DNA of 64,000 nt from a virus (IMGVR_UViG_3300011480_000001:27263-91262); one strand, 5' to 3'; positions 52,411 through 63,598 are shown, counted from the first letter of the stretch. Program-made: numbers and translations. The notes: generated by a model not told the origin, from the sequence alone.

Positions 52411-54597
52411 TTGGAAAAGAAATGGTTTGAAGGGGATTGGGTTTTTGATATTGAAACCTACCCCAACTGCTTTACGTTCGCTACTATGTATTCAAACGGT
52501 AAAGGAATGCGAGCTTTTGAAATCAGTGATCGTAAGAATGAAGTAGAAGAATTACTTGATTTCTTCCGCAAGGTGAAAGGTGCCGGTCACAGGTTCGTAG
52601 GGTTTAATAACAATAACTTTGACTATCCAGTAATTCACCACATTTTGCAGAAAGCCCGTAAAGTGCATGGAACTGAAAAGAAGCTGAAAGTCACAGCAAA
52701 AGAGTTGTATGATGTAGCAATGAAGCTGATTAATTCAAGCAAAGAAAACAAGTTTGGCTCTGCTATTAAAGAAAAAGATGTGATTATTCCTCAAGTGGAT
52801 TTGTTTAAAGTCCATCACTTTGATAACAAAGCTCGGGCTACTTCATTGAAAATGCTTGAATACAATATGCGTTCCAATGACATTGAGGATCTACCATTTC
52901 CTGTCGGGATGACACTAAATGATGAACAGAAAGACATCTTAATCAAATACAACAAACACGACGTCAGTGAAACACTAAAGTTTTATTGGTATTCGTTTGA
53001 AAATCTAAAGCTTCGCAAGGATCTGACGGAGCAGTTTGGTTTTGATTGCACCAATTTCAACGACACAAAGATTGGTAAAGAGTTGTTTATCCGTACACTG
53101 GAAAAGGAAGCTCCGGGCTGTTGCTACACTAAAACTGAATTTGGTAGAGAAGTACGACAAACCAAACGTGACAAGATTGTAATTAAAGAGTGTCTTTTTC
53201 CTTACATTAAGTTTGATCGACCAGAGTTCCAAGCTGTTCATAAATGGTTTCAGAATCAAGTTATCACTGAGACTAAAGGCGTATTCAGTGATTTGATGGA
53301 ACACCAACTTGGTGATGTAGCTAAATACGCTGAAATGGTCGTAAAAAAGAAAAAGCTGTCTGATCCAGTTGATAAGAAAAATAAGCGTTATGTACCAAGC
53401 GAAGAAGTGATTGCGGAACGCAGGAAAGAACAACCACTAGGTTGGCTTGAGGAAAAGGAACTAAAATCACCAAAGGGAGCTAAAAGCTATTACTGGTGTT
53501 GGAATGTAGCTGAGACACTGAACGTTTTGATCAATGGTTTCCGTTATGATTATGGTGTTGGTGGTATTCATGGGGCAACTCAAGGAACTATCCGAAGCAC
53601 TAACAGTCGAAAGATACGGACGCTCGACGTTGCGAGCTACTATCCCAACATGGCGATTGCAAATGAGATTTACCCGAAGCACCTTGGTAAGACTTTCTGT
53701 AAAGTGTATGCTGATTTGTATGAGCAACGTAAAGCAACACCGAAAGGATCAGCCGCTAACGCAGCATTGAAGCTTGCCCTTAATGGGGTCTACGGTGATT
53801 CAAATAACGAGTTCAGTCCACTGCTTGATCCAGCTTACACAATGTCGATTACGATTGGTGGACAGCTTTCACTTTGTATGTTGATGGAAAAGTTGATTGA
53901 TCATTGCAACGCTCGAATCATTATGTGTAACACCGATGGTTTTGAGTATGTAATTGATATTGATAAGTTTGAAGAAGCAGATAAGTGGGTTAAATGGTGG
54001 GAGGATTTGACTAAACTTCAAATGGAAGGTGACACTTACAAGCAAATGTTCATTCGTGACGTTAACAACTACATCAGTATTACAGAATCGGGTAAAGTGA
54101 AGCTTAAAGGTGCCTATGAGTTTATGGATTTTGATAAGCTCGGATGGCATAAAAACCACAGCGCAATGGTAATTCCAATGGCTGTGAAAGCACACTTGGT
54201 TGATGGTATTGATTACGAAGAATTTATTCGTCTACATGAGAATAAGTTTGACTTCATGCTCCGCACTAAAGTACCACGTAGCAGTAAGCTTGTGCTTGTG
54301 GTTGATGAAGAAGATGTACCGCTTCAAAACATTTGCCGTTACTATCCAGCAAAGGAAGGTGGTGGTAAGCTGATTAAAATCATGCCACCATTGGTTGAAG
54401 GTGGTGAGGATCGTCGTCTAGGGATTGACACTGAGTGGAACGTGAAGCCATGCAACAACATTAACGACTTCTCTTGGGGAGTTGACTATAAATATTACAT
54501 CGATCAAGCAGCAAAACTAATCGAAGCTGTCTCGGAGGATGTTACTGATAAGCAAGGTAAGAATTGTGAAAGAACTATGGAAACCGATCCTGATTGA
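52411..54597 (+). CDS. DNA polymerase, family B
   Basis: ExoI DIET, ExoII FNNNNFD, ExoIII YNKHD; polymerase motifs DVASYYP, KLALNGVYG and NTDG. Confidence 0.93.
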   Translation: MEKKWFEGDWVFDIETYPNCFTFATMYSNGKGMRAFEISDRKNEVEELLDFFRKVKGAGHRFVGFNNNNFDYPVIHHILQKARKVHGTEKKLKVTAKELYDVAMKLINSSKENKFGSAIKEKDVIIPQVDLFKVHHFDNKARATSLKMLEYNMRSNDIEDLPFPVGMTLNDEQKDILIKYNKHDVSETLKFYWYSFENLKLRKDLTEQFGFDCTNFNDTKIGKELFIRTLEKEAPGCCYTKTEFGREVRQTKRDKIVIKECLFPYIKFDRPEFQAVHKWFQNQVITETKGVFSDLMEHQLGDVAKYAEMVVKKKKLSDPVDKKNKRYVPSEEVIAERRKEQPLGWLEEKELKSPKGAKSYYWCWNVAETLNVLINGFRYDYGVGGIHGATQGTIRSTNSRKIRTLDVASYYPNMAIANEIYPKHLGKTFCKVYADLYEQRKATPKGSAANAALKLALNGVYGDSNNEFSPLLDPAYTMSITIGGQLSLCMLMEKLIDHCNARIIMCNTDGFEYVIDIDKFEEADKWVKWWEDLTKLQMEGDTYKQMFIRDVNNYISITESGKVKLKGAYEFMDFDKLGWHKNHSAMVIPMAVKAHLVDGIDYEEFIRLHENKFDFMLRTKVPRSSKLVLVVDEEDVPLQNICRYYPAKEGGGKLIKIMPPLVEGGEDRRLGIDTEWNVKPCNNINDFSWGVDYKYYIDQAAKLIEAVSEDVTDKQGKNCERTMETDPD

Positions 54598-55123
54598 TGT
54601 GGTACAGGATCGTTATGCTGTTAGCTCAGAAGGCCGTGTATTCGATTTACAAAACCAGAAGTATTTGAATATCAACGATAATGGATCTGGCTATAAGATC
54701 GTAGGATTACAACGGAAAGATAAAAGTAATGTAGCAATTCGTTATGTTCATAGGTTAGTTGCTTGTGCTTTCCTTGAGAATCCGTTAAACTTACCCCAAG
54801 TTGCTCATGGCGACCACAATAGGGAAAATAACAAGCTTTCAAATTTAAAGTGGTCTAACCAAAGAGATAACACAGCGGATGGTATTGCGGCAGGTAGGAT
54901 CAATGCAAACAGACCTAAGAAGAATCGAAGAGTTACTGAGGATTTGATTTGTCAAATTGCCTTGCTTGAGCATCAAGGGTTTGGTGTAAATGAGATTGCT
55001 GTAAAGCTTGACTTTCCACGAACAACGATATCTAGTGTGTTCAATGGTCGTAGCAACCGGGAGCTTTTCGAGTTTGTGAGAAGCGAACTGAAAATAATCC
55101 AAAATAAAGCTTGCACACACTGA
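54539..55123 (+). CDS. HNH homing endonuclease (NUMOD4-HNH-HTH)
   Basis: WKPI..RYAVSSEGRV; VHRLVACAF...VAHGDHNRENNKLSNLKW; overlaps the polymerase 3' end. Confidence 0.88.
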   Translation: MLLISKVRIVKELWKPILIDVVQDRYAVSSEGRVFDLQNQKYLNINDNGSGYKIVGLQRKDKSNVAIRYVHRLVACAFLENPLNLPQVAHGDHNRENNKLSNLKWSNQRDNTADGIAAGRINANRPKKNRRVTEDLICQIALLEHQGFGVNEIAVKLDFPRTTISSVFNGRSNRELFEFVRSELKIIQNKACTH

Positions 55124-55139
55124 AAAATAGGTATAAAAT
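55111..55139 (+). promoter_or_regulatory. sigma70 promoter
   Basis: TTGCAC-N17-TAAAAT. Confidence 0.6.
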
Positions 55140-56340
55140 ATTACCAACGTTTTAAAAATCAAAGGAGAAACGTGATGTACAAAGCAAAAACTGAGCTAGA
55201 CCACATTATCTGCGACAAGCTATCTGAAGGCGATCTTGCAGACATTCAATTTAAGCACTATCCGGCACTGATTGATTTTGTAAAGACTTTTGCAATGGAC
55301 TGTATTCACGATAGTGAACTTCAAGATATGCTGTTTGAAGACCTTTCAGGAATTGAAGAAATTGCAATTGAAACAGAAGCAAGTAAACTTGCTGGTGAAG
55401 ATGGAGCAACCTACTGGAATGCTTACTTTATCCCACAGCTTGGAGTGATTCTTCAAGTAACTGCAACCGATGAACAAGATGCGCAACAAGCATATGAAGC
55501 TTATGTAAAGGAAAATGTAAAATGAAATCAGAAGAAAAGCTTGATTTGGTAGACAAGCTAGATTATTATGAACGGCTTCTAGATTTCCTAGATGATGTGG
55601 TTCCATGTTTGGATGAGTTGATTGCACAATTTGACGAGGATGAAGAATAATGAAAGTAACAAATGAACAAGCACGAGAGCTTCTAGAACTGTTCCGTGTT
55701 GGGGACAACACTTTAAATTGGGAGGATTTCCCAGTAAAAGTTGAGTTGATTCAGGAAGAGCTAATTGATACAAGTCGTTGGAGCCACATTCACGAACGTA
55801 TTTACAAAGACCTTGAATCTGGTAAATTCTACGCAACCACCTACTCAACAGGTGCTACTGAATGTCAAGATGAAACACCCTATGAATACGATGGCGAAAT
55901 CATCGAGTTTGATGAAGTCGTACCAGTAGAAGTTGTTAAAATTGAATACCACGCTGTAAAATAAACAGGAGAAACAAAATGGCTAAAACAATTTACACCT
56001 ACGAAATCGTTGCAAATAACACTGCAATCGTAACTGATCTTGAATCGCGTAGCCTTGCCCGCGAAGAGCTTCAATTGGTAAAGAAACAAGGTTATCCAAA
56101 AGCTAAGATTATTCAGCGGCAATATCAGCTTGTTAAAGAGGCTCAAGTGCGATGAAAACAGATAAGGAGCTTCAACAGATTGCCGAAGAGTGGCTTGAAG
56201 CTACAGTTGATGCATGGTTTTGGGAATACGGCTCATGGGATGATCTTATCATGGATGGGGTTATTACCGAGGAAGAACTAGAACAAATTCAATCTAAGGT
56301 TCGCTTCACACACAAAAGCTATATTAAATAAGGAGATAAA

Positions 56341-56640
56341 ATGAAAGCACTAGCAGTTATTGGTATCGTTCTCGGGGCAATTACAGCAATCGCACTGTTT
56401 GCAATTTACAATGCTTGGGTGTTGAGTATTTTGTGGGGATGGTTTATTGCCCCGCTTGGAGTAAAATCGTTGAGCATTGCTCACGCATATGGTGTTACAC
56501 TTGTAGCTGGTTTGTTCTTGAGTACTCGTGGTATCAAAGAAAACAAGAATCAAGATGATTGGATTTCAAGTCTTATCACTTGGCTGATTCTACCGCTTGC
56601 AGCACTCTTTCTAGGCTGGATTGCTGTTGGCTTTATGTAA
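56341..56640 (+). CDS. Hypothetical membrane protein
   Basis: Three hydrophobic segments. Confidence 0.7.
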   Translation: MKALAVIGIVLGAITAIALFAIYNAWVLSILWGWFIAPLGVKSLSIAHAYGVTLVAGLFLSTRGIKENKNQDDWISSLITWLILPLAALFLGWIAVGFM

Positions 56641-56722
56641 AGAATTCTAGCGAAAGCTTGAATAATAGCCTCAACAAAGTAATGTGACTAAATAATACAC
56701 ACGTAAATAGAGAGAAATAAAT

Positions 56723-57427
56723 ATGACTAAGAAAGCTCAACTGAAAACTGAAGTGATTGTCCGTGATCTGCCGAAGAAAGGTGATTTTGAAACTTTGAAT
56801 ATCTACCTGAAGAATGTTCCTGTATTCTATCCGGTGGTTCATGAAGTTAAGAAGAAATACCAATCAGAAGAACGTGAATATAGCTGCACCGTCTTCGTGG
56901 ACGAAGAAGCTAAAGACAAACTTCTGGATGAAGTGATGCTGAATAAAACCTTTGCCCTAGTCGGCAAGGATAAGACCAGCAAACCACCACGTCGCATCAA
57001 ATTTCCCCTGTCTTCGCAAGTAGAAGAAGGTAAGATTCATTACGATGCAGTTGATGGTATGTATGGTTTCAGTGTTGCCAAGCCTGAATTCAGCAAGCAA
57101 GGTAACAAGATGGTTGTAAACGTTATCGACACCGAAGGTAAACCATTTACTGAGAACGTGGGTAACGAAAGTGTTGTAAACCTGAAGCTGTTTGGCTACC
57201 GTAACAAAGAAGGTCAAGTTGTTGTAACGCTTGACACCATGCAAGTAGTTGAGCATGTACCATTTGAAAGTAAGGGTGCTGCTGATTCTATTCAGGATGA
57301 TGTTTTTGGGGTGAGTTACAGCGTTAAGAAGGCTGATAAGCCAGCGGTGGAACAACAACAAGTTCCTGCTAACAAGGGTCCAGCTTTTGAAAGTCAAGAC
57401 GAACTAGACGACAGCTTGCCGTTCTGA
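56723..57427 (+). CDS. Single-stranded DNA-binding protein (T7 gp2.5-like)
   Basis: VGNESVVNL OB-fold segment; acidic tail ending DDSLPF; located in the replication module. Confidence 0.7.
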   Translation: MTKKAQLKTEVIVRDLPKKGDFETLNIYLKNVPVFYPVVHEVKKKYQSEEREYSCTVFVDEEAKDKLLDEVMLNKTFALVGKDKTSKPPRRIKFPLSSQVEEGKIHYDAVDGMYGFSVAKPEFSKQGNKMVVNVIDTEGKPFTENVGNESVVNLKLFGYRNKEGQVVVTLDTMQVVEHVPFESKGAADSIQDDVFGVSYSVKKADKPAVEQQQVPANKGPAFESQDELDDSLPF

Positions 57428-57874
57428 TCTAATTACAAAAGCACACGGATGTGCATTATTTAAAGGAGAAACACATGGGTACTGTAGTGCGACAAGAAAC
57501 AAACGAGTACGGATCAACACTTCTAAGCTTTGAAAACTATCAAGACTTCCTTGATTATCAAAAGAAAGAACGTGAGCAAGATGCTTTAGATGTAGCAGAG
57601 GCAGCTAATAAACGAAACGATATGGTTTCAAAATTCATGGATGCTTTTAATGCCCCACGTAGTGAATATCGACTTGAACTATCAGAAGAAGAGTATTACT
57701 ATCTGTCTTGCATTCTAGGGCATCTAGTCCCTGCTGGTGATATTAGTAAGAGTTTGCTGGATAAAGTAGGCTTGGATGATTTGGATGTGAATGATTTTGA
57801 TAAGGTAAAATTTAATCAATGTCCAAATTACCCACAAATTGAACTGAACGAAAATAAGTAAGGAGAAATAAATA

Positions 57875-58132
57875 ATGATTACTGAAAAAGAACTGTTCGA
57901 CCGTCTAGCTGACCTTGAATCACAAAAGCTAACTCTGTCTGAGGACATCCGTCAGCTAAAGTCGGATAGTAAGTATAATGAAGATGAGAATCCGAAGGGT
58001 ATCAGTTCAGAAGATATTAAGCTGATTGCAGCAGCAGCTAAACTTTACGCGACTTCTAAGTTTGAAGAGAAGCAAGATGAAGCTAACGAAGTCTTCAAAA
58101 AATATAAAGAGTTGACTGATTACGATGAGTAG
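57875..58132 (+). CDS. Small dsDNA-binding protein (GapR/DsbA-like)
   Basis: RLADLESQKLTLSEDIRQLK coiled-coil pattern. Confidence 0.45.
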   Translation: MITEKELFDRLADLESQKLTLSEDIRQLKSDSKYNEDENPKGISSEDIKLIAAAAKLYATSKFEEKQDEANEVFKKYKELTDYDE

Positions 58133-58796
58133 GAGAATAGATATATCTGGTAAAATTTTCTCTAGGCTTACAGCAATAGAGTGTGTAGGTTCAGATTCAC
58201 GACAAGAGTCTATTTGGAAGTGTCTGTGCGAATGTGGCAATATTACCAATGTCCGATCTAGCTCTTTGCGGAACGGCTCCACTCAATCTTGCGGTTGCCT
58301 AAACAAAGAGTTGGCTGCTGGAAGGGCAATCAAGCACGGACACACTGACAATGGTTATCAAAGCGGGACGTACCAGTCTTGGGCTTCCATGAAAAAGCGC
58401 TGTTACGACCCAGCACAACATAACTATGAACGGTACGGTGGTTCTGGTATTGATGTCTGCGAAAGTTGGCTCAATTCTTTTGAAAATTTCCTTCAGGACA
58501 TGGGAGAACGGCCAGATGGAACCAGTCTAGATAGGATTGATAGTACGAAAGGCTACTACCCTGAAAATTGTCGTTGGGCTAATTTAAATATTCAGGCATA
58601 TAACCAAAGACAACAAAATAACAACACATCCGGTAGGACTGGAGTGTACTTCAGGGAAGAGCGTAGACTACCATGGCAAGCCAGTATTTCTGTTGGGGGT
58701 AAACAAATGGCACTGGGCTCTTTTCTTACTTACGAGGAAGCTTGCGAAGCTCGACAAGAAGCTGAAATTAAATATTACGGTTTCACTAAGGAGTGA
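58125..58796 (+). CDS. Free-standing HNH/AP2-type homing endonuclease
   Basis: WKCLCECG, MKKRC, SLDRIDSTKGYYPENCRWA and NNTSGRTGV. Confidence 0.9.
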   Translation: MSRRIDISGKIFSRLTAIECVGSDSRQESIWKCLCECGNITNVRSSSLRNGSTQSCGCLNKELAAGRAIKHGHTDNGYQSGTYQSWASMKKRCYDPAQHNYERYGGSGIDVCESWLNSFENFLQDMGERPDGTSLDRIDSTKGYYPENCRWANLNIQAYNQRQQNNNTSGRTGVYFREERRLPWQASISVGGKQMALGSFLTYEEACEARQEAEIKYYGFTKE

Positions 58797-58798
58797 AT

Positions 58799-58882
58799 AT
58801 GAAGGCTGATTTTGAAGAGAAGAAAGAAGCTGCATCTGCTGTGTTTAAGAAGTATGAAGAACTGACTCAATATAACGATTAA
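58799..58882 (+). pseudogene. Displaced duplicate of the 3' end of gene 57875-58132
   Basis: MKADFEEKKEAASAVFKKYEELTQYND versus FEEKQDEANEVFKKYKELTDYDE (14/23 identical). Confidence 0.8.
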
Positions 58883-59249
58883 GGAGTTATCATGGGCGTA
58901 GAAGTTACTGCTTACACTTACATTGGTGTTTACACAGAAGATGCTGAACAATACCTAATTGAGAAAGGCCTTCTGAAACAAGATCAGCTTCACGAAGAAT
59001 ATGATGGGGATATTCAGGGTCTCTATGAATACTATGACTTCCCACTTCAAGTACAGAAAGTCAGTTATTATTCTGATCAGGGTGCTTACGTTGGCTTTGA
59101 AGTGGAGCCAAGTAATTACAAAGACTTTGATGGTTTGATTGCTAAATTTAAAGAAATTACTAGTGATGATGCTGAAGTGGTTACGTTTGAACAATGGCAT
59201 TGATTGAATACTAGGGAGCTTTTAGCTCCCTTTTTACTAAGAGGGATAA

Positions 59250-60182
59250 ATGGAGAAGCTATTAGTAATCGATACGGATACAATCTTATATTCGTCGGCG
59301 GCCATGCACCAAGAGAATAACTGCAATGTGATCCACAAAGCATCCGGCAGGGAAAAACTCTTCGTCTCAAAGACTGCCTTCAACGATTGGATCAAATCTC
59401 AAGACAAGTGGTCTAAAGATGAGTTTGATTTCCAGACAGTTAGTAAGGTAGTCGGTGAACCTAGATTTGCTTTTCAATCAATCAAACAAAAAATTGAAAA
59501 TGTAATTGAAGCAACAGGTATCAGTGATTTCAAGATTTGTATTGAGGGGGAAGGAAACTTCAGGAAAGATTTTAAGTCTGAATTCGTGCAGTATAAATCC
59601 CACCGCCCACCTAAGCCTTTGTTGTTTGATGAGTGTCGTGAGTTCTTGGTGAAGAAGTATAAAAAACAACTTGTAGAAGCAGTAGGTCGTGAAACAGATG
59701 ATAATTGCAATATCTTTGCTTGGGAGAGTTACAACAAAGGGTTGACTAAAAGAAGTCGAGAAGCCTCTGATGTTGTTTTGGCTTATGTGGATAAAGATTT
59801 AGCCGCCAATAGTCGTGGTTGGATGTTCAACTACTTTAAACCAGAGCAAGGTGTTTTTTGGAATGACGGCCTTACCCAGTCCTATAATTTTGCTACGCAG
59901 ATGTTGACTGGCGACGGTGCAGATGCAATCCCAGGAATTGAGAAGTTATCTGATGAGATACGAGAGAAGTATAAGATCAAAACTAAAGGGGTTGGTCCAG
60001 CAACAGCAGAAAAGCTTTTAGCTGATTGCAAGACAGAGCAAGAGATTGCACAAAGAGTCAAAGAGTGCTATGAATCTGCTTGGGAAGGTAATTGGGCTAA
60101 GCGAATGAATGAGAATGGATTCTTCCTATACCTTCTTCGCAGTGATCAGGATAGTTGGAACATGGAGAGGTATTTACAATGA
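59250..60182 (+). CDS. 5'-3' exonuclease (T7 gp6/FEN-like)
   Basis: IDTD, NFR...YKSHR, ETDD, DKD and GDGADAIPG motifs. Confidence 0.9.
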   Translation: MEKLLVIDTDTILYSSAAMHQENNCNVIHKASGREKLFVSKTAFNDWIKSQDKWSKDEFDFQTVSKVVGEPRFAFQSIKQKIENVIEATGISDFKICIEGEGNFRKDFKSEFVQYKSHRPPKPLLFDECREFLVKKYKKQLVEAVGRETDDNCNIFAWESYNKGLTKRSREASDVVLAYVDKDLAANSRGWMFNYFKPEQGVFWNDGLTQSYNFATQMLTGDGADAIPGIEKLSDEIREKYKIKTKGVGPATAEKLLADCKTEQEIAQRVKECYESAWEGNWAKRMNENGFFLYLLRSDQDSWNMERYLQ

Positions 60183-60739
60183 ATCCTTGGGAAGAGGCGC
60201 CACATATCTGGCCTACTAAATCTAGCTTTTTTACCTTCCTGCGTGGAGCACTGCGGCGAGCTATTTGGGAGAAATGGCCACTTAAGATTGAGTTTAAAAA
60301 CGAAGTGTGTGATGTTCCGCCAGAAGGCTACAAAGGCCGTGCAAAATCTGGTGCATATTGTGCCTTATCTGGTGAATGGGTAGGTAAATCAGCTTCGGAA
60401 ATAGACCATATTCTTGGCAATGTCTCTTTGAAAGATTGGGAGGACGTACTACCTTTCATCTTGCACCTCTGTGCATCCAAAGATAATATGCAACTGGTGT
60501 CAAAGGAAGCACACAAAATTAAGAGCTACGCTGAAAAAATGGGAATTAGTTTCGAAGAGGCCTCTTATGTCAAAGAGGCAATTGCTTTAGTAAAAGATAA
60601 AAAAGATGTTGCGTGGATTAAAGAGAAAGGTTATACTCCTGCTACGTCTAGTGCTAAAAGGCGTTTACAAATAGTGGAAATTCTTAAAAGAGAAGCCGAA
60701 AAGGTTTCAGGAGAACAAGAAGATGCAGAAGCTAACTAA
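60179..60739 (+). CDS. HNH-fold endonuclease
   Basis: CALSG...EIDH...NMQLVSKEAHKIKS. Confidence 0.65.
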   Translation: MNPWEEAPHIWPTKSSFFTFLRGALRRAIWEKWPLKIEFKNEVCDVPPEGYKGRAKSGAYCALSGEWVGKSASEIDHILGNVSLKDWEDVLPFILHLCASKDNMQLVSKEAHKIKSYAEKMGISFEEASYVKEAIALVKDKKDVAWIKEKGYTPATSSAKRRLQIVEILKREAEKVSGEQEDAEAN

Positions 60740-61292
60740 AGAAAATATGTTGACGCAGTTGATGATTAAACTTGATCAAATCGAATACAAGATTGAAACG
60801 CTACAAAGTGAATTCAAAGTGTTTATGGAGAGTCATGAAACAATTCCAGAACCACCAAAGCCTTTCCTTGATTTGAACAGTGTAGTTTTTAACTGCCAAG
60901 ATGTAACGCCACATTGTGTTGATGGTACTGGACCTTGCAAATGCTCGGGTGTAATGACAAACCAAGAGTTCGATGAGGAGATGAAATGAAAGATTATTTC
61001 ACAAACGTATTGATTGCTGATGTGTTGGAATATGCAACTTTCTTTTACGTCTTCTGTAACCAGATTGGTATTTAAATATGGCAGAGATTATTGATTTGTT
61101 CCCGAAAGCAGAAAAGAAATTCTTATGTTCTGATAAATTAAATGATCATGACATTCAAAAGTTTCTAGATGTTCTTGATGAAAGCTTGGAAACGTTCTTC
61201 GATCTGTCCCCACACCAAAAGTTTTCACTATATAAAGCACTCGTTGATTTTACCCATACCTCACTCGGGGTATTTATGAAAGGAGAAGAAGT

Positions 61293-62060
61293 TTGAGTAA
61301 ACACCTAATTGTAGCAGATACTCAATGTAAGCCAGGTCATGATCTTAGTTATATGTCTGCTATTGGTCAGTATATTGCCGCTAAGCGGCCAGATGTTATT
61401 GTACACATTGGCGACCATTATGACTTTGAAAGCCTAAGTTCTTATGATCGTGGTAAAAAATCGTTTGAGGGCCGTCGTCTGATTGCTGATATTGAAGCTG
61501 GTAACAAAGGCATGGAGCTTATGATGAAACCAATTTGGGATCTTCAACGAGCACAACGACGATATAAGAAAAAGGTTTATAATCCACGACTTGTATTTTG
61601 TGTTGGGAACCATGAAGCCCGCTTTGATCGTGTTGCAAACGATATGCCAGAGTTTGAAGGCTTTGTAGGCACAGAGACGTTGCACCTAGAACGTTATGGT
61701 TTTGAAGTACATGATTTCTTGCTTCCTGTAGAGATTGATGGTATCTTCTATGTACATTATCTGGCTAACCCGTTCACAGGTAAGCCTTATGGTGGTACGG
61801 CAATGAGTCAGCTTAAAACCGTAGGTCGTTCGTTTGTGGTTGGACACAAGCAGTGTCTTGATATTGCAATTCGCCCAAGTCTTGATGGTAAAATGCAAAT
61901 TGGTATTATCAACGGTGCATGCTATCCGCACGAGGAGGCTTATAAAGGTTACCAAGGAAACAATCATTTCCGTGGCCTTACAATGCTACACGATGTAAAA
62001 GATGGGTTTGGTAATCCGATGATGGTAAGTTTAGATTATTTGATGGAGAAATATAATTGA
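61293..62060 (+). CDS. Calcineurin-like metallophosphoesterase
   Basis: ADTQ, HIGDHYD, GNHE, VH and GHKQ motifs. Confidence 0.9.
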   Translation: MSKHLIVADTQCKPGHDLSYMSAIGQYIAAKRPDVIVHIGDHYDFESLSSYDRGKKSFEGRRLIADIEAGNKGMELMMKPIWDLQRAQRRYKKKVYNPRLVFCVGNHEARFDRVANDMPEFEGFVGTETLHLERYGFEVHDFLLPVEIDGIFYVHYLANPFTGKPYGGTAMSQLKTVGRSFVVGHKQCLDIAIRPSLDGKMQIGIINGACYPHEEAYKGYQGNNHFRGLTMLHDVKDGFGNPMMVSLDYLMEKYN

Positions 62061-62505
62061 GCATTCACAGCCGATTAAACGAAGCCTACAAAAACCAAGT
62101 CCTAGATGATTTTGAACAGTGCGGATTCTATCCAAACACAGCAGAAGGTCTTTTAGATTTCATTAGGGAATATGATGATTACGTCATTTATCATCGAAAA
62201 GATCCTTATGACAAAACTACTGTTCTTCAACGTTTAAACACTTTATGGGTTGTCCCAACATGGTTTGTCATTTCACCCTTCTTGTGGATTACTACAGGTA
62301 AAGCAGGATTCAGTCAACACAGTAAAATAGGTAAATGGCTGGCTAAGATTACAGGACTTTAAATGGAAAACTACAAGCTAATTAAAACAGTTGACAAGCT
62401 TGAGAAAGATGTGATTGAATTGCAGAAAGATTTGGTTCTACTTAAACAACAGAACCAAGAGCTTATTGATATGTTGCGTTTGAAGAGCGAAAAGAAGGAG
62501 GAGAA

Positions 62506-62913
62506 ATGAGCGAATATTATCCAGAACATGAGTCGGACTGGTGGGAGGAAGGTAGGCAAGAACCTAAAAACATTGCGAAACCAATCCTAGAAGAACGTAA
62601 GACTGGTAAAGTAAAGATGCAACTCTTCGATGAGGGATTTCCTAATGCTGTAATGGAAATTGCTAAGGTAATGAGTTGGGCAGAACAGAACAAAGGCTAT
62701 AAACCTAATGATTTCAAGAATCTTCCTAATGCTGATGTAGAATTTTCAGCAGCAGCTAGTCGTCATAAGATTAAAGGATTGATTCAGAAAGATGCAGGCT
62801 TGCCACCACTAGAACGTGTTGATGAAGAAAGTGGTATTGTCCACTTGGCGCACCAAGCTTTCAATATCTTGGCTGAACTTGAGCTTGTATTGACTGGACG
62901 TATTAAAGAATGA
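62506..62913 (+). CDS. dATP/dGTP diphosphohydrolase-like protein (DUF5664)
   Basis: AASRH...DEESGIVHLAHQAFN. Confidence 0.7.
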   Translation: MSEYYPEHESDWWEEGRQEPKNIAKPILEERKTGKVKMQLFDEGFPNAVMEIAKVMSWAEQNKGYKPNDFKNLPNADVEFSAAASRHKIKGLIQKDAGLPPLERVDEESGIVHLAHQAFNILAELELVLTGRIKE

Positions 62914-63443
62914 GAATCTTATTAGTAGATGTAGATCTGACTGTAGCACCCTCTGACGAGGGTTGGAGGGAATACCTCGGAGAACGGTTCGGTTATGTGA
63001 AAACTCCGATGGTTGAATATAACTGGGCTTGCTACTACCCTGGGAAACCCGTTTATGAATATTGGAAAGACTTAGATTATTTTTCAATGCAACCTTTGGT
63101 TGGCTCGTTTGATAAACTGAAAGCCTTGAGTCAATATTTCCATATTGTTTTCGTAAGTGCTGAACGTTGCGGCTATAGCTCAAAGAACAAGAAAAGCTGG
63201 CTAAAAGAACACTTCCCGTTCATGTCCGGGTATATTCAAACAGAAGAGAAATGGATTGTTGATAGTGAAAAAGTTGTAGCAATTATTGATGATCGTATGG
63301 ACAACCTAAGTCGTTTCTGTAATAATAAAAGGGTGTTATTCAAAACTCCATATAAACAAAGTATTGATTGCTCTATAAACATGGTGATTGACAGCTGGAA
63401 AGATTTTGATGCAGCTAAATTTTGTAAGGAGTATTTGAAGTGA
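62910..63443 (+). CDS. 5'(3')-deoxyribonucleotidase (HAD)
   Basis: DVDLTV, K..WL.EHFP and IIDDR motifs. Confidence 0.85.
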   Translation: MRILLVDVDLTVAPSDEGWREYLGERFGYVKTPMVEYNWACYYPGKPVYEYWKDLDYFSMQPLVGSFDKLKALSQYFHIVFVSAERCGYSSKNKKSWLKEHFPFMSGYIQTEEKWIVDSEKVVAIIDDRMDNLSRFCNNKRVLFKTPYKQSIDCSINMVIDSWKDFDAAKFCKEYLK

Positions 63444-63598
63444 ACAAGTTTGACAAAGATGATTTATATTTAATCGTAGATTTCCTTGAAGAACAGATTG
63501 AACTGCACTATGATATGTATGGTGATGAGTTTGAGGAAGATAAAGAAATGTTTAGTAAAACCTGTGAAGTAATTAAAAGTCTAATTAAGGAGTAAAAC

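Noticed and set aside
50614-54597. Intein or intron in the helicase or polymerase
   Set aside because: Both frames are continuous, of ordinary length, with no intein motifs seen.
136-63183. Many antisense ORFs in the track (e.g. 9907-10281, 53005-53433, 56957-57397)
   Set aside because: Shadow frames opposite well-supported genes.
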